Origin: an uncultured delta proteobacterium
Lineage (GTDB): Bacteria > Desulfobacterota > Binatia > Binatales > Binataceae
Direction: 5' to 3'
Length of the DNA stretch: 64,000 nucleotides
Assembly (NCBI GenBank): GCA_963842085.1
Contig: CAWJET010000002.1
Span: forward strand, 1,152,001 to 1,216,000
Shown here: positions 9,848 to 18,285 of the stretch, one piece after another
Position numbering within the stretch: the first letter of the stretch is position 1
Layout: each line of letters begins with the position of its first letter
Notes under the pieces: generated by a model
Databases searched by the model: none
What the model was told of the DNA's origin: nothing
What the model saw: the letters and a program-made list of their open reading frames with translations, nothing else
Program-made: the position numbers and the translations under genes

Positions 9848-11590
9848 ATGGCGACCGAGCTGAGGAAATCCGGCATCGGCATTGTAGGCGAGATGCCATG
9901 GGGCACTCACTTCTGTCAGTTCTACGATACAAGGCACGATTTGCTCGACGTGCTCGTTCCCTATTTCAAGGCCGGCCTGGAGAACAATGAAACCTGTATA
10001 TGGGTTGTTTCAGCGCTGACTGAGCAGGATGCCGGTGACGCATTGAGACACGCTCTTCCCGACTTTGAACGATATGTTGCCGACTACAGCCTGGAAATTT
10101 TCCGAGACACCGAGTGGTACATGCCCGACGGTCATCTCGACCTGGATAGAGTCAAAAGGGCTTGGAGCGAGAAACTCGCCGAGGCATTGGCAAGAGGCCA
10201 CACCGGAATAAGAGTGACCGCTGACACGTTCTGGCTGAAGCGCGAGCAGTGGAGCGATTTCAACGCCTACGAAGATGAGCTCAACCGCTCCATGGTCGAT
10301 CTGCGGATGACCTGTCTGTGCAGCTATCCACTGGCCAAAAGCGGAGCCGCAGACGTCCTCGATGTGACGCGCACGCATCAGTTTACCTTTGCGCGACGAA
10401 GGGGCGATTGGGAGCTGGTCGAAACTTCCGAGCTGAAGCAGGCGAAGTCGGAGATCAAGAGAATCAACGACGAGCTCGAGCGGCGCGTCATAGAAAGAAC
10501 CAAGGAACTGACAGCCGCCAACGAACAGCTTAAACGCGCCCTCGAGGAAATCGACAACCTACGCCGGCGCCTCGAATTGGAGAACGAGTATCTGCGCGAA
10601 GAGGTCCGCGCCGCGACCGGCGACAGCACGATTCTTGGAAACAGCCCGGCCATCCGAAGCGTGCTCGAACGAATCGATATGGTTGCGCCGACCGATGCCA
10701 CGGTGCTGATCCTGGGCGAGACCGGTGTAGGCAAGGAGCTCGTCGCGCGCAACATTCACGAGCGCAGTCGCCGCCGCGAGCGTCCGCTGATCAAGGTGAA
10801 CTGCACCGCAATTCCGCGGGAGCTGTTTGAAAGCGAGTTCTTCGGCCACGTCAAGGGAGCCTTCAGCGGAGCGTTCAGAGATCGGGTCGGCCGCTTTGAG
10901 CGCGCCGACGGCGGTACCCTGTTTCTCGACGAGGTGGGCGACCTGCCGCTGGAGATGCAGCCCAAGCTGCTCCGAGTGCTTCAGGATGGCGAGTTCGAGG
11001 CGCTTGGAGATGAGAAAACGCGCCGCGCCAACTGCCGCGTGATCGCCGCCAGTAACCACGATATTAAGGCCGCCGTCCACGACGGACGATTCCGCGAGGA
11101 TCTCTACTACCGGCTGAGCGTCTTTCCGATCGAGGTGGCGCCGCTGCGCGAACGGCAGGAGGACATCCCGATACTTGCGGACCATTTTCTCGAGGTGGCC
11201 CGCAAGAGGTTCAAGCGGCCGGATCTGCAGTTGACCGAGAGCCAGATCCAGCGCCTCAAGCACTACAATTGGCCCGGAAACGTGCGCGAGCTTCAGAACG
11301 CCGTGGAGCGGGCCGTGATAACGGCGCGCGGCGGCGCACTGCGCTTCGACATTGTGGAGACAGGGACAGAATCGCCGGCTCCGTCGTTGCCGTGGGCAGG
11401 CGATAGCGCCGCCGGCGAGAATCTGAAGGTCGTGTCGGAGGCGGAAATGAAGCGGATGGAACGTGAGAACATCGCCGCCGCGCTGAAACTCAGCAAAGGC
11501 CAAATCTACGGACCGGGGGGCGCAGCCGAATTGCTCGGCGTCAAACCAAGCACTCTTAGCACGCGCATCCGCAAGCTCGGTCTGAAATAA
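9848..11590 (+). CDS. Sigma54-dependent enhancer-binding protein with N-terminal MEDS domain
   Basis: MEDS signature ([19 protein letters not shown]), coiled coil, [31 protein letters not shown]-terminal Fis-type HTH. Confidence 0.92.
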   Translation: MATELRKSGIGIVGEMPWGTHFCQFYDTRHDLLDVLVPYFKAGLENNETCIWVVSALTEQDAGDALRHALPDFERYVADYSLEIFRDTEWYMPDGHLDLDRVKRAWSEKLAEALARGHTGIRVTADTFWLKREQWSDFNAYEDELNRSMVDLRMTCLCSYPLAKSGAADVLDVTRTHQFTFARRRGDWELVETSELKQAKSEIKRINDELERRVIERTKELTAANEQLKRALEEIDNLRRRLELENEYLREEVRAATGDSTILGNSPAIRSVLERIDMVAPTDATVLILGETGVGKELVARNIHERSRRRERPLIKVNCTAIPRELFESEFFGHVKGAFSGAFRDRVGRFERADGGTLFLDEVGDLPLEMQPKLLRVLQDGEFEALGDEKTRRANCRVIAASNHDIKAAVHDGRFREDLYYRLSVFPIEVAPLRERQEDIPILADHFLEVARKRFKRPDLQLTESQIQRLKHYNWPGNVRELQNAVERAVITARGGALRFDIVETGTESPAPSLPWAGDSAAGENLKVVSEAEMKRMERENIAAALKLSKGQIYGPGGAAELLGVKPSTLSTRIRKLGLK

Positions 11591-11681
11591 GCAAGCCAAC
11601 CGCGGCAATCCGACGGCACGCGATGGCCTTGAGCGCGAGCGCATGCTCTACTCAGGTCAAATCCCCGGAGGCGCGCATCGC

Positions 11682-12212
11682 ATGGATGTCACGAAAATTC
11701 CGCCCGGCCGCAACCCGCCCGACGACATCAACGTGCTGGTGGAAATTCCGCAGGGCGGAGTTCCGGTGAAGTACGAAATGGACAAGGTTTCCGGCGCGCT
11801 GTTCGTCAATCGTTTTCTGCATACCGCGATGTACTATCCGGCCAACTACGGATTTATTCCAAACACGCTGTCCGAGGACGGCGACCCCTGCGACGTGCTC
11901 GCGCTGTCGCAGGTGCCGGTCGCGCCCGGCGCCGTCATCAGATGCCGTCCGGTGGGCGCGCTGCTGATAGAAGACGAAAACGGCATCGACGAGAAAATTC
12001 TCGCGGTGCCGGTGGATGAGCTGAATCCATACTTCAACGAAATCGCGAACTACACCGACCTGCCGCCGATCATGCTCGAACAGATCGATCACTTCTTCCG
12101 CCACTACAAGGACCTCGAGAGAGGCAAATGGGTGAAGATCGGTAATTGGGTGGATCGCGAGGCGGCCCGCAAGCTGATCCTCGAAGCAATCGCGCGTATG
12201 CACCAGAAGTAA
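11682..12212 (+). CDS. ppa: Family I inorganic pyrophosphatase
   Basis: VKYEMDK, YPANYGFIP, DGDPCD, HYKDLERGKW. Confidence 0.95.
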   Translation: MDVTKIPPGRNPPDDINVLVEIPQGGVPVKYEMDKVSGALFVNRFLHTAMYYPANYGFIPNTLSEDGDPCDVLALSQVPVAPGAVIRCRPVGALLIEDENGIDEKILAVPVDELNPYFNEIANYTDLPPIMLEQIDHFFRHYKDLERGKWVKIGNWVDREAARKLILEAIARMHQK

Positions 12213-12280
12213 ATTCGCCGGTAAGGCGGCGCCAGCATTTTGCTCGCGCGCGCTTGAGCGCGGACCTGGTTACGAACTGA

Positions 12281-12781
12281 CTATTGAGCCATCTCACCCT
12301 TCGTTTGCGCCAGCGGCACCAACTGCGCGATGTCGCACTGGATCAACGCCTGGATCTTGTTGTCGATCTGATAGAAGCGCGTCACCTTAACTTGCGAGAC
12401 CGCGGCCAGGAACTTCGGAACGAACTCGCGCTGCACGTCAAGCCGCGCCTGCTGAATAGCCATTACCTCGTCGAGCTTCTTTTTCGCATCGGCGTCCGTG
12501 AAGTTTTTGTACTTGGCGGCGAACTCCTTCAGCTCTCGGACGTGGCGGTCTTCGATGCTGTCCATCCGGGCTTCGTAGGCGTCGTAAACCGGCCAGAACC
12601 TGGCCGCTTCATCGGCGGTGAGATTCATGTTGGCGCCGACGGTCGCCTTGCGCTGTGCGCGGGCGGCCGCGATATCAAGTTGCTTCTGCGAGGTCTGCGA
12701 ATACGCCGGCGCCTTGAAGCCAAGCGTGCAGACCAGCAGCGAAGCTACCGTGAAACTCGCGATAATAGTCTTGAGACTCAT
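12281..12781 (-). CDS. Secreted helical protein, unknown function
   Basis: Signal peptide; LT.DEA.RFWPVYDAY motif typical of periplasmic helical proteins. Confidence 0.7.
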   Translation of the reverse strand: MSLKTIIASFTVASLLVCTLGFKAPAYSQTSQKQLDIAAARAQRKATVGANMNLTADEAARFWPVYDAYEARMDSIEDRHVRELKEFAAKYKNFTDADAKKKLDEVMAIQQARLDVQREFVPKFLAAVSQVKVTRFYQIDNKIQALIQCDIAQLVPLAQTKGEMAQ

Positions 12782-13007
12782 CAATGGGGTTCTCCTGGAG
12801 ATTTTGGCTTCAGCAAAGACCGCAGGATGGTGCTGCATTGGGAGATCATAGTCAAGTGATCACTATCTGCGCGCTCGAACTCGGGCTTGTATTGCATTCA
12901 GCGAGGTAAAGTGCGAGTTTGCAGCCGACCAGGCAGGCAACCAGAGGAATTTTCCGCGGGGTCCGGCCATCCGGAACGGAAAGCCTCATCATAGACGGAG
13001 GACCAAA

Positions 13008-13559
13008 ATGAATTCGAAATCACGAGAAATGGTAATCGCACTGGGATTGGCGGTGGCACTGGCCGCGGGTGCGCCATCGGCACGGGCCCAGGGCGCAGCG
13101 CCCGCGCCGGCGCCTGCGGCATCCGGCGGAGGAGCTACCGTTCGGGCAGGATACCTGACTTGTCACGTCGCGGCCGGATGGGGCTTTATTTTCGGCTCGT
13201 CACGCAAGCTGCAGTGCGCGTACGCCCTGCAACCGGGATACACCGAGTATTACACCGGTTCGATCACGAAGTTCGGCGCTGACATCGGATACCTTCAGTC
13301 GGGCGTAATTCTGTGGGCAGTTCTCGCCCCGACCACCAATCTCGGCCAGGGAGCACTCGCGGGTCATTACGGCGGAGCGACCGCGAGCGCGGCGGTCGGA
13401 GTCGGCGCGGGCGCGAATGTGCTGGTCGGAGGCTTCAACAGCTCGATCGCGTTGCAGCCGGTCTCGATCGAAGGACAGAACGGGCTGAACGTCGCGGCGG
13501 GTGTGGCCCAGATGACGTTGAAGTTCAACAAAGAGAAGCCGGCAAAGAGCACCCCGTAG
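13008..13559 (+). CDS. DUF992 family secreted protein
   Basis: G.LTC.V..GWGFIFGSS..L.C and LQPVSIEGQ.GLNVAAG; GGAGG RBS. Confidence 0.88.
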   Translation: MNSKSREMVIALGLAVALAAGAPSARAQGAAPAPAPAASGGGATVRAGYLTCHVAAGWGFIFGSSRKLQCAYALQPGYTEYYTGSITKFGADIGYLQSGVILWAVLAPTTNLGQGALAGHYGGATASAAVGVGAGANVLVGGFNSSIALQPVSIEGQNGLNVAAGVAQMTLKFNKEKPAKSTP

Positions 13560-13583
13560 CCGGACTTTCAGAGTCACTTACGG

Positions 13584-13621
13584 CGGGGGCGGTCCTTGCG
13601 GCCGCCTCCGTTTTTCTTTTT
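13584..13621 (+). terminator. Intrinsic terminator after the DUF992 gene
   Basis: GC-rich stem (cgggggcggtc / ggccgcctccg) followed by a T-run. Confidence 0.7.
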
Positions 13622-13645
13622 CAGTTGACCGTTGGTGTGCGGTTC

Positions 13646-14056
13646 CTAGATCTTGGCCTTTGGATACCGCGCGCGCATCCAGTTCACGAACTTTTCCGGC
13701 GCCGCCATCGTCGAGAGGCGCCCCTGTCGCACCAGCGCCCAGTCGTCGAACTTTCCGGACTGTTTGATTTCCGCCAACCTGACCGGCGGCTCGAGGCGGC
13801 CTGCGAACTCCAAATCGACCACCGCCGACTTCGGATTCCTCGGATCGTCGCGCGGTTGCGACTTCACCACGGCCATCCCGACCACGCTCGTAACGCCGCC
13901 GCTATGATAGATGAACACGATGTCGCCGGGCCTCATATCGCGGATGGCGCGAAGCGCCTGCGGATTCGTCACCCCGTCCCATGTGGTGCGGCCCTCGCGC
14001 TCAAGATCGTCGATCGAGTAAGTCCCGGGCTCGGTCTTGGCAAGAAAGTAGTTCAT
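13646..14056 (-). CDS. EVE domain protein
   Basis: YFLAKTEP..YSIDDL, WDGVTN, FIYHSG, RQGRLS. Confidence 0.92.
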   Translation of the reverse strand: MNYFLAKTEPGTYSIDDLEREGRTTWDGVTNPQALRAIRDMRPGDIVFIYHSGGVTSVVGMAVVKSQPRDDPRNPKSAVVDLEFAGRLEPPVRLAEIKQSGKFDDWALVRQGRLSTMAAPEKFVNWMRARYPKAKI

Positions 14057-14139
14057 GAGCGCGTCCTCCTTAGCCGTGATTCAGTGTAAATCTAACATAG
14101 GCGGCGCCGCTCGTGGCGGCCGGGCGCGCTGAAACTCTC

Positions 14140-15039
14140 ATGCCGGAACTACCCGATGTCAGTGTGTACGTGGAAGCGTTGCGGACCCGCGTCGTCGGCC
14201 ACAAGCTCGTCCGGACGCTGGCGAGGTCACCGTTTCTGCTGCGCTCGACGACTCCTCCGCTGAGCGCGACTGCGGGCAGGGCGGTCCGCGACGTGCGACG
14301 GCTGGGCAAACAAATCGCCATCGGCCTCGAGGGCAACCTGTGGCTCGTGCTGCATCTCAAAATCGCAGGCCGCCTGCATTGGAGTACTTCCGCCCCCAAG
14401 CTCGGCGGCAAAAACGTGCTGGTTGCCTTCGAGTTCGACCACGGCTGGTTGTGGCTGACGGAAGCGGGCACCCAGCACCGGGCCGCGCTCCACGTGGTCG
14501 AGGGCGAAGCCGGCCTTCAGTCTTTGAACGCCGGCGGCATCGAACCGCTCGACGCCGGCCTCGGCGCATTCGCCGCCGCGCTGCGATCGGAAAATCACAC
14601 GCTCAAGCGCTCACTCACCGACCCGCACATTTTCAGCGGGATCGGCAACGCGTATTCGGACGAGATACTGCATCGCGCACAGCTCTCGCCGATCGCGATG
14701 ACGAATAAACTGACGGACGTTGAAATCGAGCGTCTCTATGACGCCACTCGCACGACGCTGCTCGAATGGACCGAGCGCCTCCGCGCCGAAGCGGCTGGTG
14801 AATTTCCCGAGAAGGTAACTGCGTTTCGTCCCGGCATGGCGGTGCACGGTCGCTACCGGCAGGCGTGCCCACGATGCGGCGCCAGGGTCCAGCGCATCCG
14901 CTACGCCAGCAACGAGACCAACTATTGTGCGAGGTGCCAGACCGGCGGCCGCCTGCTCGCCGACCGCGCCCTCTCGCGCCTGCTGCACCAGGACTGGCCG
15001 CGTACGCTCGACGAGCTCGAAGCGCTCAGGAAGCGATGA
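14140..15039 (+). CDS. Fpg/Nei family DNA glycosylase
   Basis: N-terminal MPELP, H2TH SGIGNAYSDEIL, zinc finger CPRC..CARCQ. Confidence 0.92.
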   Translation: MPELPDVSVYVEALRTRVVGHKLVRTLARSPFLLRSTTPPLSATAGRAVRDVRRLGKQIAIGLEGNLWLVLHLKIAGRLHWSTSAPKLGGKNVLVAFEFDHGWLWLTEAGTQHRAALHVVEGEAGLQSLNAGGIEPLDAGLGAFAAALRSENHTLKRSLTDPHIFSGIGNAYSDEILHRAQLSPIAMTNKLTDVEIERLYDATRTTLLEWTERLRAEAAGEFPEKVTAFRPGMAVHGRYRQACPRCGARVQRIRYASNETNYCARCQTGGRLLADRALSRLLHQDWPRTLDELEALRKR

Positions 15040-15060
15040 GCCCGGTTCGCGTCGCCAAGG

Positions 15061-15468
15061 TCAGGCAGCCCGGCCCGCCTTTTCTCTTTCGTGGTTGGAG
15101 GCGTATTCGTTGCGCAATCGGCTCGCCAATTCCAGTGCGATTCTCCGCCACAGCTGTGGATATCTGTCGGCCAGCGCCGAAAAGTCCGATTCCGAAATTC
15201 GCGCGACCACCGAATCAGAAGTTGCGGTGACCGACGCCGAGCGCGGCGTACGTGGATCGACGACCGCCATCTCACCGACATGCTCGCCGGCCTTCCTGCG
15301 GGCCACGATGCGCCTGTCGATCGCAACCGAAAACGCGCCCTTGAGAATCAGAAAAAGATCGGTGTCAGAGGCACCCTGCTCGATGAGTTTCGTTCCCGCA
15401 GGTACCTCTTCCAACTGTACTCGCGGCGCGACTGCTGCCGCCAGGTCCTTGTCACGGACCAAGGACTG
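15061..15468 (-). pseudogene. Isolated cNMP-binding domain resembling a truncated Pycsar PycTIR-type effector
   Basis: GEHVGEMA..PRSASVTA and LWRRIALELASRLR; in-frame TAG just before the QSLV motif; no downstream effector domain. Confidence 0.6.
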
Positions 15469-15605
15469 CTAATCCTCTGCGTCTGTCTAACCCCTTAATA
15501 TATAAGCCTTATCTCGGCACTGTGCGGAAATTGTGCGGCAGACCCGCGGTGTCAGAAGCGGTGCGAAGCTCGCGTATTGGTTGGGACGCGGAAACGCCGC
15601 ACGGC

Positions 15606-16736
15606 TCAGGAGACGAGAGCCGCGGGCGGCGTATGGTGATCGTGGTGACTGTGGTGACTGTTATTTCCGTCGTTCCCGCGTGATGGTACGACTGTCCGAG
15701 TCGTCGGCCGCGCGTCGAGATAGTGGTCGCGTCGCTCGACAGCGGCCTTGAGATCCGTGCTAGTGGTGATGTTGTAACGAAGAAAAATCTCGCGGGTTTT
15801 GTGACCTGACAGTTCCATCGCAACTTGCTCGGGAACACCCGCGCGGCTGAGGTTCCGAATTGCGCTGCGTCTAAAGTCATGGACAATCAGCTTGGGATAA
15901 CCGATCGCCGTACAGGCGGAAGCCCAGGCGTCGCGAAAATCCCCAATCCGCTTACCGTTGACGTGGAACACGAAAGTACAATCGAGACGACGCGCGGCTC
16001 GCGCGCGTGTGATTATTTCGGCGAGCTCGCCGGACAGTGGCAATTTGCGCGGTTCTTTGTTTTTAGACTTGTCGGGCGGCAGGTTGATTTCGTTGGCCTC
16101 GATGTCGATATCGGACCACTCAAGTCCCTTCATCTCGGAGACACGCCACCCTGAGAGATAGAGGAAGGCGATCGGGTCGCGCAGACGCTCAGGTAGCTCA
16201 TTCCGAAGGGCGTTGAACTCCGCGTTCTCGACGAATCCTTTTCGGGCGTTATCCTCCGCCAGCATGTCGATCTTCGGCGCGCGAGATAGGCACTCGTCGT
16301 CAACGGCGATCTTGAACGCATGTTTGAGCGCTGCCAGCTCACGGTTGATTGTCGCGTTCGCCGCGCCTTGTTCGATCCGCGCTGTCTTATAGGCTTTAAC
16401 CCGGCCGGCATCGATATCGATGGCTAGATCAGTCCCGAAGTAGCCGCTTAGGTGTTTGATGCTGCCCTCCAGCCGCCGTCCGGATCGGCGGCCCTTATGC
16501 AGGTAATCGGTGCGGATCATTTCGGCGAGGTCTTCGAAGCGCACCTTTTCTTCGGCCTGTCCGAGGAACTTAGCGCCGCGGCGTCCGGTTTCCTTGATCC
16601 TTGCGTTCAGCAAGCGCCGCGCGACGGTTTCGGATTCGCTTTCGGACGACTCGCGATATTCCTGGCCGCGGTGCCCGTAGCGAATCCACCAAATTGTCCC
16701 GCGCAAATAGATGCCGCCTGTGCCGCGTTTACTCAT
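15606..16736 (-). CDS. Tyrosine integrase
   Basis: Arm-binding N-terminus (WWIRY), SAM-like ATINRELAALK, catalytic R (SGWRVSE), K (KSKN), HDFRR, SGHKT..F.RY. Confidence 0.95.
   Translation of the reverse strand: MSKRGTGGIYLRGTIWWIRYGHRGQEYRESSESESETVARRLLNARIKETGRRGAKFLGQAEEKVRFEDLAEMIRTDYLHKGRRSGRRLEGSIKHLSGYFGTDLAIDIDAGRVKAYKTARIEQGAANATINRELAALKHAFKIAVDDECLSRAPKIDMLAEDNARKGFVENAEFNALRNELPERLRDPIAFLYLSGWRVSEMKGLEWSDIDIEANEINLPPDKSKNKEPRKLPLSGELAEIITRARAARRLDCTFVFHVNGKRIGDFRDAWASACTAIGYPKLIVHDFRRSAIRNLSRAGVPEQVAMELSGHKTREIFLRYNITTSTDLKAAVERRDHYLDARPTTRTVVPSRGNDGNNSHHSHHDHHTPPAALVS
15634..15660 (+). repeat. Triple 9-bp repeat TGGTGA(TC/CT)G, candidate left integrase arm sites
   Basis: tggtgatcg-tggtgactg-tggtgactg; matches 29315-29341 at 25 of 27 positions. 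Confidence 0.75.
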
Positions 16737-17728
16737 GACTTTCGCTCCTTCTTTTTCATCGGATTCTCACTTTGCCGGATTTCCGTGGCCGCATCGGCGA
16801 CTTTTTTTCTATCGCGTGCGGCCTGCGCGGCGTCGCGGGCTGGGATACGGGCCGCTCGGCAGGTAGGGCAATAGATGCGCCTGGCCGTCGCGTGCCCGAC
16901 TCTCTTACCTGGTGTCGGCTGGCTTGCGGACATAAAAAACAGGCGCGCGCAGGACGAGCAGCGCGCAATCGCCGCGGCCCGGACGGTTGCGGCGACGAGT
17001 TCCAGCGCGATCAACGCTAGGACTGAGCCCGTGTAGCGGTTGGCGCCGAGTTGCGGACGGACACTTCGGCCTTCGATGCCGACGTGGAATCTAACGTCCG
17101 CGATTACGAGCCAGCGATTCAGATTCTCCGCCAGCCGCTCGCGGGGATCGGAAAGAAACTGAGCGATTGGATGGTCCGGCGCATAGCCATCGATTTGCTG
17201 CCATGTTTCCGGGGCGACTTTAGCTCCGCGCTGGGTTGTCGCCGCGGCCTCGAGCAGGCGATTAGCGTCGGCGGCGCGCATACGCCACTGCGATACCGGC
17301 TCGGAATAGAGCAGCGGCGGTTCCCGCCCTATTCGTGGAAGGCAAATGAGGGTCGTCCCACCAGCCCAATGCGGCGCGGCAGGGAATTCTTCGGGCAATA
17401 CGTTGCATCCCATCGTCTCGACGGGCTGATGGTATGCGACGAAATTATGCTGTTCGCAGAGCCAGAGCGGCCCATAAGCGCGGGCAAACTCGAGCACGTC
17501 CTCATTTCCGGCCACGGGTGTTTCGAGGGCAAGGAAACTTTCGAGCATTGCGCCAATCTCGATCTTCCGCGCCGCCGCTTTCGCGCTCCAGAGAAGATCG
17601 TCGCCGGCGAGACTGAGGGTTTCGGGCGCTGACACACTGGAGCCGTCGATCGGCCGGGAGAGACCATAGGCCGTAAACAGGTCGCCCAGTCGCGCTATAC
17701 CTACGGGTTCTGGTGGCCCCTTCGTCAT
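16733..17728 (-). CDS. Hypothetical protein with C-terminal zinc finger (CGNR-like position), coupled to int
   Basis: CSSC..F and IYCPTCR; stop overlaps the int start. Confidence 0.7.
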   Translation of the reverse strand: MTKGPPEPVGIARLGDLFTAYGLSRPIDGSSVSAPETLSLAGDDLLWSAKAAARKIEIGAMLESFLALETPVAGNEDVLEFARAYGPLWLCEQHNFVAYHQPVETMGCNVLPEEFPAAPHWAGGTTLICLPRIGREPPLLYSEPVSQWRMRAADANRLLEAAATTQRGAKVAPETWQQIDGYAPDHPIAQFLSDPRERLAENLNRWLVIADVRFHVGIEGRSVRPQLGANRYTGSVLALIALELVAATVRAAAIARCSSCARLFFMSASQPTPGKRVGHATARRIYCPTCRAARIPARDAAQAARDRKKVADAATEIRQSENPMKKKERKS

Positions 17729-17776
17729 ACGATAATAATACACGAGTTGCAGGCACGCCGCAACCGTGAGACAACT

Positions 17777-17983
17777 ATGCGCATGAGCGCGCAACGCAAC
17801 GAAGAAACACTTCTGTCGCTCGAACAGGTTCTACAGCGCCTGCCGATTGAAGGGCGGCCGCACCGGGTGACGCTTTGGCGTTGGATAAACCAAGGCGTTT
17901 TTCCGCAGCCGTTACGACTCGGGCTGCGCAAGGTCCGATGGCGCGAAAGTGACGTCGATGCCTGGCTGGCGGAACGCAAATGA
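17777..17983 (+). CDS. alpA: AlpA family regulator / excisionase
   Basis: TLWRWINQGVFPQPLRLG.RKVRWRESDVDAWL. Confidence 0.88.
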   Translation: MRMSAQRNEETLLSLEQVLQRLPIEGRPHRVTLWRWINQGVFPQPLRLGLRKVRWRESDVDAWLAERK

Positions 17984-18285
17984 TCACGCTCGACGCTCTT
18001 ATTGCCGGCGAGTGTCCGACCTCGCGCGATGAGGCGGTCGCTCTGATGGGCTTGCTCGCGGCTGCTCACGCCAAGCTCGCTGCGGTCATGGCGGTGGCTA
18101 TGGTCGAGACGCCGACCGCGGACCGGCTGCTGGACGTTGACGAAGCCGCCCAGATGCTCAAGGTGGATCGGCAGTGGATATACCGGCGCACGCGCAAACT
18201 TCCGTTCGTCGTTCGCCTCGACGGCGCCGTCCGCTTTAGTGCCTCGGGCATCGAGCGCTTCATCGCGGCAAAGAGGGGGCGGTGA
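17980..18285 (+). CDS. HTH_17 (excisionase-like) DNA-binding protein
   Basis: LLDVDEAAQMLKVDRQWIYR..VRF..IERFI; ATGA overlap with alpA. Confidence 0.85.
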   Translation: MITLDALIAGECPTSRDEAVALMGLLAAAHAKLAAVMAVAMVETPTADRLLDVDEAAQMLKVDRQWIYRRTRKLPFVVRLDGAVRFSASGIERFIAAKRGR

